Positions 23,163 through 32,273 of a stretch of DNA of 64,000 nt are shown here, piece after piece. The position numbers were made by a program, and so were the translations under genes. Source of the DNA: an uncultured Negativicutes bacterium (GTDB lineage: Bacteria; Bacillota; Negativicutes; JBAXTZ01); assembly GCA_963721525.1 (NCBI GenBank), contig CAVRJL010000015.1, forward strand, positions 163,672 through 227,671. Reading direction: 5' to 3'. Each line of letters opens with the position of its first letter. The stretch's first letter is position 1. The notes under the pieces are model-generated. The model had not been told where the DNA came from. It made no database searches and saw nothing but the letters and a program-made list of their open reading frames with translations.

Positions 23163-24008
23163 TCACATATCCAATAACTTAGAGATGCCACGCTTTACCA
23201 ATATTCCTGCAATATGAAGTCGATATTGAACACAGGAGCGCACATCAGAAATAGGATTGATTTGTTTACGTACTTCATCGCATGCTAAATTAGCAAGTTC
23301 ATGTGTTAATGGCTGAGAACTAAGGAATTTTTCCAATTTAGTAAGACGTATTGGAGTCGGAGCTATTGCTGCCATAGCTATTAAGAAGAATTTTTTTGAT
23401 ACAAATCTTATCGCTACTCCAACAATCGTTAAATCATGTCCTTTTATTCGTGATTGCTTAGAATATACGCTATTATCATCAATATCTACATCAGGTAACG
23501 ATATGCCAATCACTAGTTCTCCAGGCAGGAGAACTGTTTTTTTTACACCAATAAAAAAATCTTTAATATTCACAATACGTTTGCATTGATAACCAGCAAT
23601 ATGTATTTTTGCTTCGTATATTAAAAGTGCAGGAGCCAAATCAGCTCCAGGAGATGCATTACATATATTTCCTACTACAGTAGCACGGTTACGTAACTGG
23701 TAAGATGCTAATAAATTCGCTGCCTGTATTAAAGAGCTGTACTTGTTTTGAATAAAAACGGATTGAGCTACCTGATTAACAGTAACTGCAGCCCCAATAA
23801 ACAAGCCTTCTGATGGTTTATATTCTAATAATTGAGCTTCAGGTATTGATTTAATATCTAAAATATGATTAGGAGTTTCTAGATTATGGCGTAATCTTAC
23901 CATTAAATCAGTACCCCCAGCAAGAATTTTAGTACCATTATTTTTCTTTAAATAAATTAAAGCTTCTTCAAGATAATACGGTCTTATATAGTTGAACTTA
24001 CTTAACAC
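23163..24008 (-). CDS. Xanthine dehydrogenase family FAD-binding subunit
   Basis: LAGGTDL, QLRNRATVVGNICNASP.AD, PISDVR..YR; GTG start after GGAGG. Confidence 0.95.
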   Translation of the reverse strand: MLSKFNYIRPYYLEEALIYLKKNNGTKILAGGTDLMVRLRHNLETPNHILDIKSIPEAQLLEYKPSEGLFIGAAVTVNQVAQSVFIQNKYSSLIQAANLLASYQLRNRATVVGNICNASPGADLAPALLIYEAKIHIAGYQCKRIVNIKDFFIGVKKTVLLPGELVIGISLPDVDIDDNSVYSKQSRIKGHDLTIVGVAIRFVSKKFFLIAMAAIAPTPIRLTKLEKFLSSQPLTHELANLACDEVRKQINPISDVRSCVQYRLHIAGILVKRGISKLLDM

Positions 24009-24110
24009 AGTGCCTATCCCTCCCAACCTTTTTGCCGTAAGGCAATGATGTATAAATACCCTATTTGCTTAATTAAAATTTTTAAAGCCTAATGAGAGAT
24101 AATTTCGTTT

Positions 24111-25010
24111 TTATTTACACTTACTTTTAATAATAATTTTACTATGTTCAAAAGGACATTTTCCAGGTCTCAGGATACCACTGACAGCTTGAAGATTTCG
24201 GTCTTCTACATGGTCAAAAAGCATAGGGGATTTAGAGCCATATGTAATATATTTCAACGGTTCGGCAGACAATTTTGCTGAAACTATTTCTTCAGTTCCT
24301 CTAGCTTGAGCTAAACGTTGTGCGATTGGACTTACTATCATACTATGCCCCGCAAAATAATTATTACTTGCATCAGGACCCACTGCATTAGTTGCTATAA
24401 CATACACGTGATTATCGTAGGCTCGAGCACGACATGTTAGTTCCCAAATATCAAAGCTTCGCATAAAAGCCGAAGGACGAGTAATTATTTCTGCTCCTTT
24501 AAGAGTAAGCTTTCTAACAAGCTCTGGAAAATCTCCATCATAACAAATTATCATACCGATTTTACCTAGGGCAGTATCAAACACCGGCGTTTCTATTCCA
24601 GGAGTTGTCCAACCTCCACCTTCAATTCCTTCTGTAGAAAAAGGATGAGTTTTTCGATAAACACCAATAATTTTACCGTCAGGCCCTATTAATACTGAGG
24701 AATTATATATTATGGGACTTGTATCTCCTTTTTCGTACATTGGCCAAACTACATGAACTTCTAATTGACGTGCAACTTTGCCTACTTTACGAGTAATATC
24801 TCCTGGAATGACATCAGCTAATTGCTCATATATATTCTCTACGGGAATATTAGGGCTAAATCCAGTAGTCACATTCTCTGGGAAAACTACTAATTCCGCT
24901 CCATGTTCGCTAACTGCTCTGTTAAGCCATTCAAGTGCTTTAGCAGTATTATACTGTACATCATTCGGCTTAACTGCAATTTGCACAGAGCAAGCTACAA
25001 AATCTTTCAC
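24111..25010 (-). CDS. Carbon-nitrogen hydrolase (nitrilase superfamily amidase)
   Basis: Glu-Lys-Cys triad: VFPE, YRKTHP, ICYDGDFPE; also RARAYDN and GHSMIVSP. Confidence 0.93.
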   Translation of the reverse strand: MKDFVACSVQIAVKPNDVQYNTAKALEWLNRAVSEHGAELVVFPENVTTGFSPNIPVENIYEQLADVIPGDITRKVGKVARQLEVHVVWPMYEKGDTSPIIYNSSVLIGPDGKIIGVYRKTHPFSTEGIEGGGWTTPGIETPVFDTALGKIGMIICYDGDFPELVRKLTLKGAEIITRPSAFMRSFDIWELTCRARAYDNHVYVIATNAVGPDASNNYFAGHSMIVSPIAQRLAQARGTEEIVSAKLSAEPLKYITYGSKSPMLFDHVEDRNLQAVSGILRPGKCPFEHSKIIIKSKCK

Positions 25011-25093
25011 TATTTATTGTCTCCTTATTTCATAATAGAAATATTAACAAAGAAATACCGTATGTTTTTATTATATTTCGTTCTAAAGTTAAA

Positions 25094-25879
25094 TTATTCT
25101 TCATCATAAGCTACTATACGGCAAATAGAAGATTCACCCCCTTCAAATCGCCAAGGATAGCATCCTATAATTAAATGTTTATTAAGAATTTGAGTAATTT
25201 CACCGCCGATGTTTTCAGCATGAATAATGTCATGTGGAAAAAGATCTATATGCATTAACTGATAATGATCATTAGGAAAGATATCAGAAATACTCTTATT
25301 ATATTTTGCTTGAAAATATGATTCGCACTCAACAGCCTGTTTCGGACACCAATCTCGAATTTTAGTATTCATAGGATGATCTGCAGATCCACAATCTACT
25401 CCAATCAATTTTATTTCCATATCACGGCACCATTTAGCAAATTCACGAGTAGGACCAGGATGTTTAACCATATAACGAACCTCGTCAGCTCCTGGTTGAT
25501 CCCAAGCATATTTAGAATATCCTGTATGAATAATCAATATGTCTCCTTTATGGACTTCTACACGGTCCGTAATATCTTTCGATGTATATATACCATAATC
25601 TTCAGCTATATCGCTCAAATCAACTACAACCCCGAGACCTATAAGGTCTGAAAGAGGTATACTGGCAATATCACGACCATGAGTACAAAAATGTAAAGAT
25701 CCATCTAAATGAGTACCTACATGGTTAGAAGTTGTAATCAATTGACCATTAGCTCCATTAGAACTAAGCCTCTTAAAAAATTTAATTTGTAAAGGCTCAT
25801 AAGTAGGCCATGGCGGAGTAAGATGACTTAATTTCTGTGTAAGATCATACATTTTTACTTTGTTCCAATTTTTTACCAT
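25094..25879 (-). CDS. Cyclase family metal-dependent amidohydrolase (KynB/isatin hydrolase fold)
   Basis: YDLTQ, HVGTHLD metal motif, GDILIIHTG, GVDCGSAD, HAENI. Confidence 0.92.
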   Translation of the reverse strand: MVKNWNKVKMYDLTQKLSHLTPPWPTYEPLQIKFFKRLSSNGANGQLITTSNHVGTHLDGSLHFCTHGRDIASIPLSDLIGLGVVVDLSDIAEDYGIYTSKDITDRVEVHKGDILIIHTGYSKYAWDQPGADEVRYMVKHPGPTREFAKWCRDMEIKLIGVDCGSADHPMNTKIRDWCPKQAVECESYFQAKYNKSISDIFPNDHYQLMHIDLFPHDIIHAENIGGEITQILNKHLIIGCYPWRFEGGESSICRIVAYDEE

Positions 25880-25903
25880 TTCATTAGCTCCTTATTTGAT
25901 AAT

Positions 25904-27319
25904 CTATTTAATACGCTTTGCTAAAGCTAAAAGCGCTTTTTCAAAACATTCGGCAGGGGGATTTACTATGCCAGCTCCTACTTGTCCAATTCCAGAATCT
26001 TTATGAGCCATACCAGTATTGATAACTGGCAAAATCCCACTAGCAATAACTTTACGTACGTCAATACCTGTCGATGCACCACGAAAATTTAAATTAGGAT
26101 TAGCATAATTTTGATTTTCTCCTAAAGTAATTTCAGCCATTCTTTCCGAATAAGCTAAGGCATCGTCCACAGAGCCCCCAACAAATTGTACAATAGCCGG
26201 AGCTCCGCCCATGGCAAAACCACCAATACCTAAAGTTTCAGTGATAGCGCTATCTCCAATATCTGGATTAGCATCTTTTATTGTATAACCGGGAAACATA
26301 AGTCCTTGAATCATTTGTGCTGGTCCAGTGAACCACGTATTACCCGGACAACCACTTACACGAATACCAAATTCCACTCCATTTCGACACATAGTAGTCA
26401 CAACAGTGCTATTTTCAATACCATGCGCAGCATCTAATGCCGATTTGCAAGCAGGCATAGATAAATTCAAGAAAAAATGGTCATTAGAATTGATAAATTC
26501 AACAACCCGAATAATGGCTTGCAAATCAGCATTGACTCGTAATAGAGAAGGCGTAATACTCCTAACAAACAGGCTTGTTCCTGCTTTATTGCGATTATGA
26601 CACTCATCCCCCATTTGTACTGCTTGAGCAATAAGACTACGTATATCAATTCCTCCGGATAGTTTAATAGCTTCTTTTACAATCGGACCGAACTCAGTTT
26701 CAATCCATTTTAGTTTATTAATAACTTCTTGATCATAAGCACCAAAACGTAATACTTTTCCAAGCCCTTCGTTAAATGAACAATATGCGAAGTTACCGTG
26801 GGTTTTATTCTCAATTACCTGTACCGGCATTGATGCTGACAAAATACCTGCCATTGGACCTACTGCATTATGTTCATGGCAAGGAGAAAATTTTATTTTT
26901 CCCGAAGCAGCTAAATTGCTAGCCTCATTTTCATTATTAGCCAACCCTTCATAAATAAGCGCACCAACAATAGCTCCCTTCATAGGTCCAGCCATTTTTC
27001 TCCAACTAATTGGAGGACCAGCGTGTAAAATGGTATATTTAGTCATTCCAGGGATAATATTAATAGCTGTGTCTATATCTACTAAAAATGGATGAGCCTT
27101 TATAATAACATCTACAGCTTTGGCATTAGCAACATTAATTTTATCAATATTATTTAATTTATCCAATACTTTAATAAGTTCGGGATTTCCTCCGGCAGGC
27201 GGCTTCCAATCTAACTGGATAGCATTTATTCCTTGCAATTTAAGTTCTGCTGTAAAAGTTTCAGCACCAATATTTAAAACCGTAATTTCATTTTTAAATA
27301 AATTATCTATTGTATTCAT
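25904..27319 (-). CDS. DUF1116 / YlbE (AllG-like carbamoyltransferase subunit)
   Basis: LDWKPPAGG, ILHAGPP, PCHEHNAVGPMAG, EGLGKVLRFGA, MGDECHNRN, DIGDSAITET, INTGMAHK..GQVGAG. Confidence 0.92.
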   Translation of the reverse strand: MNTIDNLFKNEITVLNIGAETFTAELKLQGINAIQLDWKPPAGGNPELIKVLDKLNNIDKINVANAKAVDVIIKAHPFLVDIDTAINIIPGMTKYTILHAGPPISWRKMAGPMKGAIVGALIYEGLANNENEASNLAASGKIKFSPCHEHNAVGPMAGILSASMPVQVIENKTHGNFAYCSFNEGLGKVLRFGAYDQEVINKLKWIETEFGPIVKEAIKLSGGIDIRSLIAQAVQMGDECHNRNKAGTSLFVRSITPSLLRVNADLQAIIRVVEFINSNDHFFLNLSMPACKSALDAAHGIENSTVVTTMCRNGVEFGIRVSGCPGNTWFTGPAQMIQGLMFPGYTIKDANPDIGDSAITETLGIGGFAMGGAPAIVQFVGGSVDDALAYSERMAEITLGENQNYANPNLNFRGASTGIDVRKVIASGILPVINTGMAHKDSGIGQVGAGIVNPPAECFEKALLALAKRIK

Positions 27320-28875
27320 ATATACATTTCCTCCCGTTTTTTAACAATTAAACTTGCTAAACGAGCGGCCTGCGCATTACTTTTTGCCAATAATACTCCT
27401 GCTGAAGCTAATTTTTGCATCTGTATATTGCTTCCTTGTATGTCTTGTTCAGTACCGCACACATAACCAATTATTTCTAAATTTCGTCCTGATTCTATTG
27501 CAATGCGCTTAGCTTCTATAATAGTCGGCAACGTACTCCCAACCGGATCAGGGTGGGAACCATATCCAAGCACAAAATCCATTAAAATAACTGCTGTTTC
27601 TGGATCAGCCGCTTCTTTTAAAATACGAGGTAACCGTAAAGAAGGTTCAATCATAGGATGTGGTTTCCCTTTGGTAAATATATCATCTCCTAAATCAATA
27701 AAAGTATTCCCTTTACTAATATTATGAGGATCATCTAAAATTTCTTCTGTGTTTTTAGTAATATTAGAATAAATTTTTAGTCCGTGGTCTTTAACTATAT
27801 TTATAGCTTCAACACATAAAGTACCACCACAGAATAGACCACGAATATATTTTTGACTGATTAAAAATTTTGTATTTGTAGGTATGGCTAAATCATTAAT
27901 TTTATTCTCATAGGTTAGTATATTTTCCTTTTTACAAATAGCTACAGCTGTGTGAGCTGTGGCTTCCAAAGTCTTACAAAAATATACTCCTGTTTTTTCC
28001 ATTTGGACATCTTTATAATTAAGAAAGCAAATCACAATAGGTTTCGATATATTTTTCAGTTTATCAAATATTTTATTTGTTACTTTTTTGGATGGTGGCT
28101 TAGAAATTAAAACAATAATTTCCGTATTGTTGTGTCGCTGTAATGCATCTAAAGAGTCCAGCATAGTAATACCACCAACAGCTTCACTTAAATCTCTTCC
28201 ACCAGTGCCTATAACCTGAGAAATACCTTCGCCTAAACGATCAATTAACACTGAAACTTCCTGAGTACCTGTTCCCGATGCTCCGATTATACCAATATTT
28301 CCTGCTTTAACTACGTTGGCAAAACATAATCCAAAATTATTTATTATAGCTGTTCCGCAATCCGGGCCCATTATTAAAAGTCCTTGTTTGTGAGCAAATT
28401 TTTTTAAGGCAATTTCTTCTTTTATACTTACGTTATCACTAAATATCATAACATGTAAATTGTTTTTTAAAGCTTGCATAGCTTCGCGAGCTGCATATTG
28501 TCCAGGAACTGAGATAATAGCTAAATTAAGATTTGAGACCATTTTTATTGCAGATTCTATTGATGAAGGATTAATTTGTTTACCGTTTTTGCGAAAAGAC
28601 TGCTTTTTAGTTAAAGTTTCCTCTACTGTTTGAATAGCTCCGATACAAATAGATTCGTTTTTTGCTCTAACTGCAATAATTAAATCATTGGTTCCGGCTA
28701 TATCAATCTCTTTATTATAAATTTCTATACGTTGTAACAACTCCTTATTCATATCAGTTGCCATAACTACAACAGCGTCATTTACTCCTTCTATAGCAGC
28801 AATCTTACCGGACAATGCCATTAAAGTTACAGAATCATGATATGAATCTTTTTTTATTAAGATTTTTAAATTCAA
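27316..28875 (-). CDS. fdrA: FdrA family protein (AllF-like, succinyl-CoA synthetase alpha fold)
   Basis: YHDSVTLM, ISVPGQYAA, MGPDCGT, GASGTG, GTGGRDL, RGLFCGGTL, DLGDD.FT.GKPHPMI, DFVLGYG. Confidence 0.93.
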   Translation of the reverse strand: MNLKILIKKDSYHDSVTLMALSGKIAAIEGVNDAVVVMATDMNKELLQRIEIYNKEIDIAGTNDLIIAVRAKNESICIGAIQTVEETLTKKQSFRKNGKQINPSSIESAIKMVSNLNLAIISVPGQYAAREAMQALKNNLHVMIFSDNVSIKEEIALKKFAHKQGLLIMGPDCGTAIINNFGLCFANVVKAGNIGIIGASGTGTQEVSVLIDRLGEGISQVIGTGGRDLSEAVGGITMLDSLDALQRHNNTEIIVLISKPPSKKVTNKIFDKLKNISKPIVICFLNYKDVQMEKTGVYFCKTLEATAHTAVAICKKENILTYENKINDLAIPTNTKFLISQKYIRGLFCGGTLCVEAINIVKDHGLKIYSNITKNTEEILDDPHNISKGNTFIDLGDDIFTKGKPHPMIEPSLRLPRILKEAADPETAVILMDFVLGYGSHPDPVGSTLPTIIEAKRIAIESGRNLEIIGYVCGTEQDIQGSNIQMQKLASAGVLLAKSNAQAARLASLIVKKREEMYI

Positions 28876-28896
28876 ATTCTTTCCCTCCTGATTCGA

Positions 28897-29787
28897 TTAT
28901 TTAGTCAATTCTACACCAAGTTCCAAACCGCTAATTAAACCAATTGCTAAGTCTGTTCCTGATAATGAACCAATTTTAAGTATTTTCAAGATAGCATTTT
29001 TTAGCGGTTGTGACGATATAGCTGCACGTAATAAAGCGATTATATTTTCTCGGGTCTTTCCTTGCGCAGCTAATATAATCATTTCTTGACTAACAGCCGT
29101 AGTTTGCTTTCGAGCAATAGTTGCTAAATCGAATCCTAAATTCTTATACTCCTCATCAAAAGGACTGTTGCACATATGAAAAATTGTAATTATCCCAGCA
29201 CAAAAGTCATCTCCCGATGGAGTAAGACCACCACCTAATCCAATTAATTTAGATCCCCAAAGATGCGCATCCTGAAAATTTTTTATATATAAGGCCTTTA
29301 AAAATTTTTGTGAATTTTTCGCTAAATGTTCAGTATAAATATTATTCGCTTTTATTTTAGTATTATTAGAATGTGATTTTAATAATCCGCCTCCCCTGCC
29401 ATAATTTACTATATATTTTCGCAAAATATGTAAATTATTTTTTAACAACAACATATCCTGTTTCTTTGGGAAAGCAGGTAATACCGATTCCCATACTAAT
29501 ACGCTGTTTAATTTAATGTTCATATTTCCAACATATAAAACTCCAGAAATAGCCGTTACTATATCTCCAAGTTTAATTTTCATATCTGTAAAAGAAAATT
29601 TCGCATCTACTCGTAAAGTACGAGGAGCATTATCCTGCTGTTGTGAAGCAATGCTATACATTTTACCATCACTACAATTAATATTGATAACTTGACGAAA
29701 TATGCTATGTATTTGTCCAAAAAATACCGAATGTAAAATCAGCTCTACAAAAGCAATATCTCCACTAAGAATCTTTACTTGCGAAAT
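28897..29787 (-). CDS. DUF2877 / YlbF (AllH-like subunit); probable non-canonical ATT start
   Basis: LIGLGGGLTPSGDDFCAG and IGSLSGTDLAIG. The frame stays open 42 codons upstream of the track's Met (…GQIHSIFRQVINI…) to an ATT preceded by AGGTGA. Confidence 0.85.
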   Translation of the reverse strand: MSQVKILSGDIAFVELILHSVFFGQIHSIFRQVININCSDGKMYSIASQQQDNAPRTLRVDAKFSFTDMKIKLGDIVTAISGVLYVGNMNIKLNSVLVWESVLPAFPKKQDMLLLKNNLHILRKYIVNYGRGGGLLKSHSNNTKIKANNIYTEHLAKNSQKFLKALYIKNFQDAHLWGSKLIGLGGGLTPSGDDFCAGIITIFHMCNSPFDEEYKNLGFDLATIARKQTTAVSQEMIILAAQGKTRENIIALLRAAISSQPLKNAILKILKIGSLSGTDLAIGLISGLELGVELTK

Positions 29788-29858
29788 ATATCACCTACTT
29801 TGTATATATTTGAAATATATACTTCTATAAATTAACTTAATTTTCTCATGGCCTATTT

Positions 29859-31127
29859 TTATTTCACACTCTTTTCTACAACATCATTCATTAAAGAACA
29901 CATTTCCAACACTTTAAAAGTTATACTAACTATGATAGAAACAATAGTAGCTAAAACCATTCCTTTCATTTCTACTGAACCAATGTTAATATGAGCACCA
30001 CTAATACCGACAATAAAAACAACCGAGGTTAATATTAAATTTTTTACATTATTATAGTCTACTTTAGATTCTACTAGTATACGAATACCAGACGCGGCAA
30101 TAACACCAAATAATAACATTGAAATACCGCCCATGACAGAAATGGGAATGCTTTGAATCACAGCAGCTAATTTCCCAACAAAAGACAAAGTAATAGCCAT
30201 AATGGCAGATCCTGCAATAACATATACGCTATATACCTTAGTAATAGCCATAACGCCAATATTTTCTCCATAAGTAGTATTTGGAGTAGAACCAAACAAA
30301 CCAGAAATCAATGTGGATACACCATTACCTAGTAATGAGCGATGTAAACCAGGATCTTTAAAAAGGTCTTTTCCAACAATATTACCAGTTACCATCAAAT
30401 GTCCCATATGTTCAGCGATGACTACTAAAGTAGCCGGTATAATTATTATAATGGCATTAAGTTGAAAGGATGGTACGTAAAAAGTAGGGATAGCAAATAA
30501 AGCAGCTTTGGCTATACCACTCATGTCTATAATTCCAAGAAAAAGAGCTAAAATATAACCGCTAAATACTCCAATAAGAATAGAAATAATAGATAAAAAC
30601 CCACGAAAAACAACTGAACCCAGAATAGTAACTACTAAAGTAAATAGCGATACTGTTACTATTTTAGGATCAAAGCTTTTAGCTGTAAATCCTGCCATGT
30701 TTGCCGCTACAGGAGCTAATTCTAAACCAATAAGAGCAACAATCGCTCCCATAGCAGCTGGTGGGAATATTATATCAAGCCACTTCACCCCAACAACTCC
30801 AATTACTAAGGCCGCTAAAATAAATATTAATCCAACTACAATAAAACCTCCAAGAGCTGCCTTATATCCATATTGAGATAAAACGACGATTACTGGAGAT
30901 ACAAAAGCAAAGCTCGAGCCAAGATAACCTGGTATGCGTCCTTTGCTAATAAAGATATAAAGCAATGTTCCTATCCCATTGAATAATAATACAGTAGCAG
31001 GATTTACTTTAAATAGGATAGGAACAAGAACAGTTGCTCCAAACATAGCAAATAAATGCTGTAGGCTAAGAGGAATACATTCTAACAAAGATGGGCGTTC
31101 ATGAACATCGATAACTCGCTTGACCAT
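29859..31127 (-). CDS. uraA: Uracil permease (NCS2 family, UraA/PyrP type)
   Basis: LSLQHLFAMFGATVLVP, YLGSSFAF, EHMGH, TPNTTYGENIGVMAITKV (UraA-type NAT signature), LLFGVIAASG. Confidence 0.93.
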   Translation of the reverse strand: MVKRVIDVHERPSLLECIPLSLQHLFAMFGATVLVPILFKVNPATVLLFNGIGTLLYIFISKGRIPGYLGSSFAFVSPVIVVLSQYGYKAALGGFIVVGLIFILAALVIGVVGVKWLDIIFPPAAMGAIVALIGLELAPVAANMAGFTAKSFDPKIVTVSLFTLVVTILGSVVFRGFLSIISILIGVFSGYILALFLGIIDMSGIAKAALFAIPTFYVPSFQLNAIIIIIPATLVVIAEHMGHLMVTGNIVGKDLFKDPGLHRSLLGNGVSTLISGLFGSTPNTTYGENIGVMAITKVYSVYVIAGSAIMAITLSFVGKLAAVIQSIPISVMGGISMLLFGVIAASGIRILVESKVDYNNVKNLILTSVVFIVGISGAHINIGSVEMKGMVLATIVSIIVSITFKVLEMCSLMNDVVEKSVK

Positions 31128-31432
31128 TTTTTCACCATATTTCCATTTACTTAATTCGCTTTCAGTTTAATATATTAATTTACTACTAGTATTAAACTTA
31201 AATATAAGCGGGTAATCTTTTATTAGTAATTTTATTTAAAAATCGTTATATATTGCAACTTATAACTTTATAATATTTTCAATCAACAACCAGCTGCTTC
31301 CTGACCATAAGTACAACCAATAAAATAATTTATTTAAATAGTATAGTCTAGTCTCATTCATAATACTTATTAAGGCTCAAAAACAACATTAATTATTTAA
31401 AAAATATCCTTTTTACTTATTCTCTCATATTA

Positions 31433-31522
31433 TGGCGGAGAGAGTGGGATTTGAACCCACGAGAGCTTTCGTTCTACACGATTTCGAGTCGTGCGCCTTT
31501 AACCAGACTCGGCCACCTCTCC
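31433..31522 (-). tRNA. tRNA-Ser(CGA)
   Basis: GGAGAGGTGGCCGAGTCTGGTTAAAGGCG CACGA-CTCGAAA-TCGTG, long variable arm, GGTTCAAATCC, CCA end. Confidence 0.96.
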
Positions 31523-31575
31523 AATTTCATTTATTGTTACTTGTAGGAGAAATTTAAAACTAACTATACATTATT

Positions 31576-32022
31576 TTATCTTTTATCTTTAAAAAATTCA
31601 ACTAATATTTTGCTACATTTTTCTTCTAATATCCCTCCGATCGTTTCCAATCCATAATTGAAATTTTTATCAAAAGGTATACCTAACCTAGAATGTATTG
31701 CTCCATGTTTATTGTCTGAAGCACCGTAAACAAGTTTTTTTATTCGAGCATTTACTATAGCTCCTGCACACATAGGACAAGGTTCAAGAGTTACATAAAT
31801 ATTAGTATTATTTAACCGCCAACTATTTAAGGATTCACAAGCTATCCTCATAGCCAGGATCTCAGCATGAGCAGTAACATCTTTAGTTGATTCTCGTTTA
31901 TTATATGTTGTAGCTAGTATTTTATCACCTAGCGTCAATACCGCTCCTATAGGAACTTCCCCTACTCTACTAGCTTTTTTTGCTTCCAAAAGAGCTATTT
32001 TCATAATTTCCTTATCATTCAT
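31576..32022 (-). CDS. tadA: tRNA adenosine(34) deaminase
   Basis: GEVPIGAV, HAEILA, TLEPCPMCAGA. Confidence 0.96.
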   Translation of the reverse strand: MNDKEIMKIALLEAKKASRVGEVPIGAVLTLGDKILATTYNKRESTKDVTAHAEILAMRIACESLNSWRLNNTNIYVTLEPCPMCAGAIVNARIKKLVYGASDNKHGAIHSRLGIPFDKNFNYGLETIGGILEEKCSKILVEFFKDKR

Positions 32023-32273
32023 AGAATCACCAAAATTTTTTATATTTAAACTTCGATTGAAATATAAATTTAATTAATTTCAATTTTTATTAATAAATGT
32101 ACCTCTGTATCTTGAATTAAAAATGTTTGTTTAAATAAATTTATCTCTTTATCTGATACACTTTCTTGCCTTTATCGTTTTCCCTATAATTTTGGCTCTC
32201 ATTATTTCTATACTTTATTTTTTGTTGTAATAATTCGCATTTTTGAAATTTTTAACTTAAGTCCACGTATTGT

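Noticed and set aside
20254-31127. Calling the cluster a standard xanthine/allantoin degradation operon
   Set aside because: No allantoinase, allantoate amidohydrolase, ureidoglycolate dehydrogenase or ygeW/ygeY/hyuA/ssnA genes, and the permease signature is uracil-type. A purine substrate is not fully excluded.
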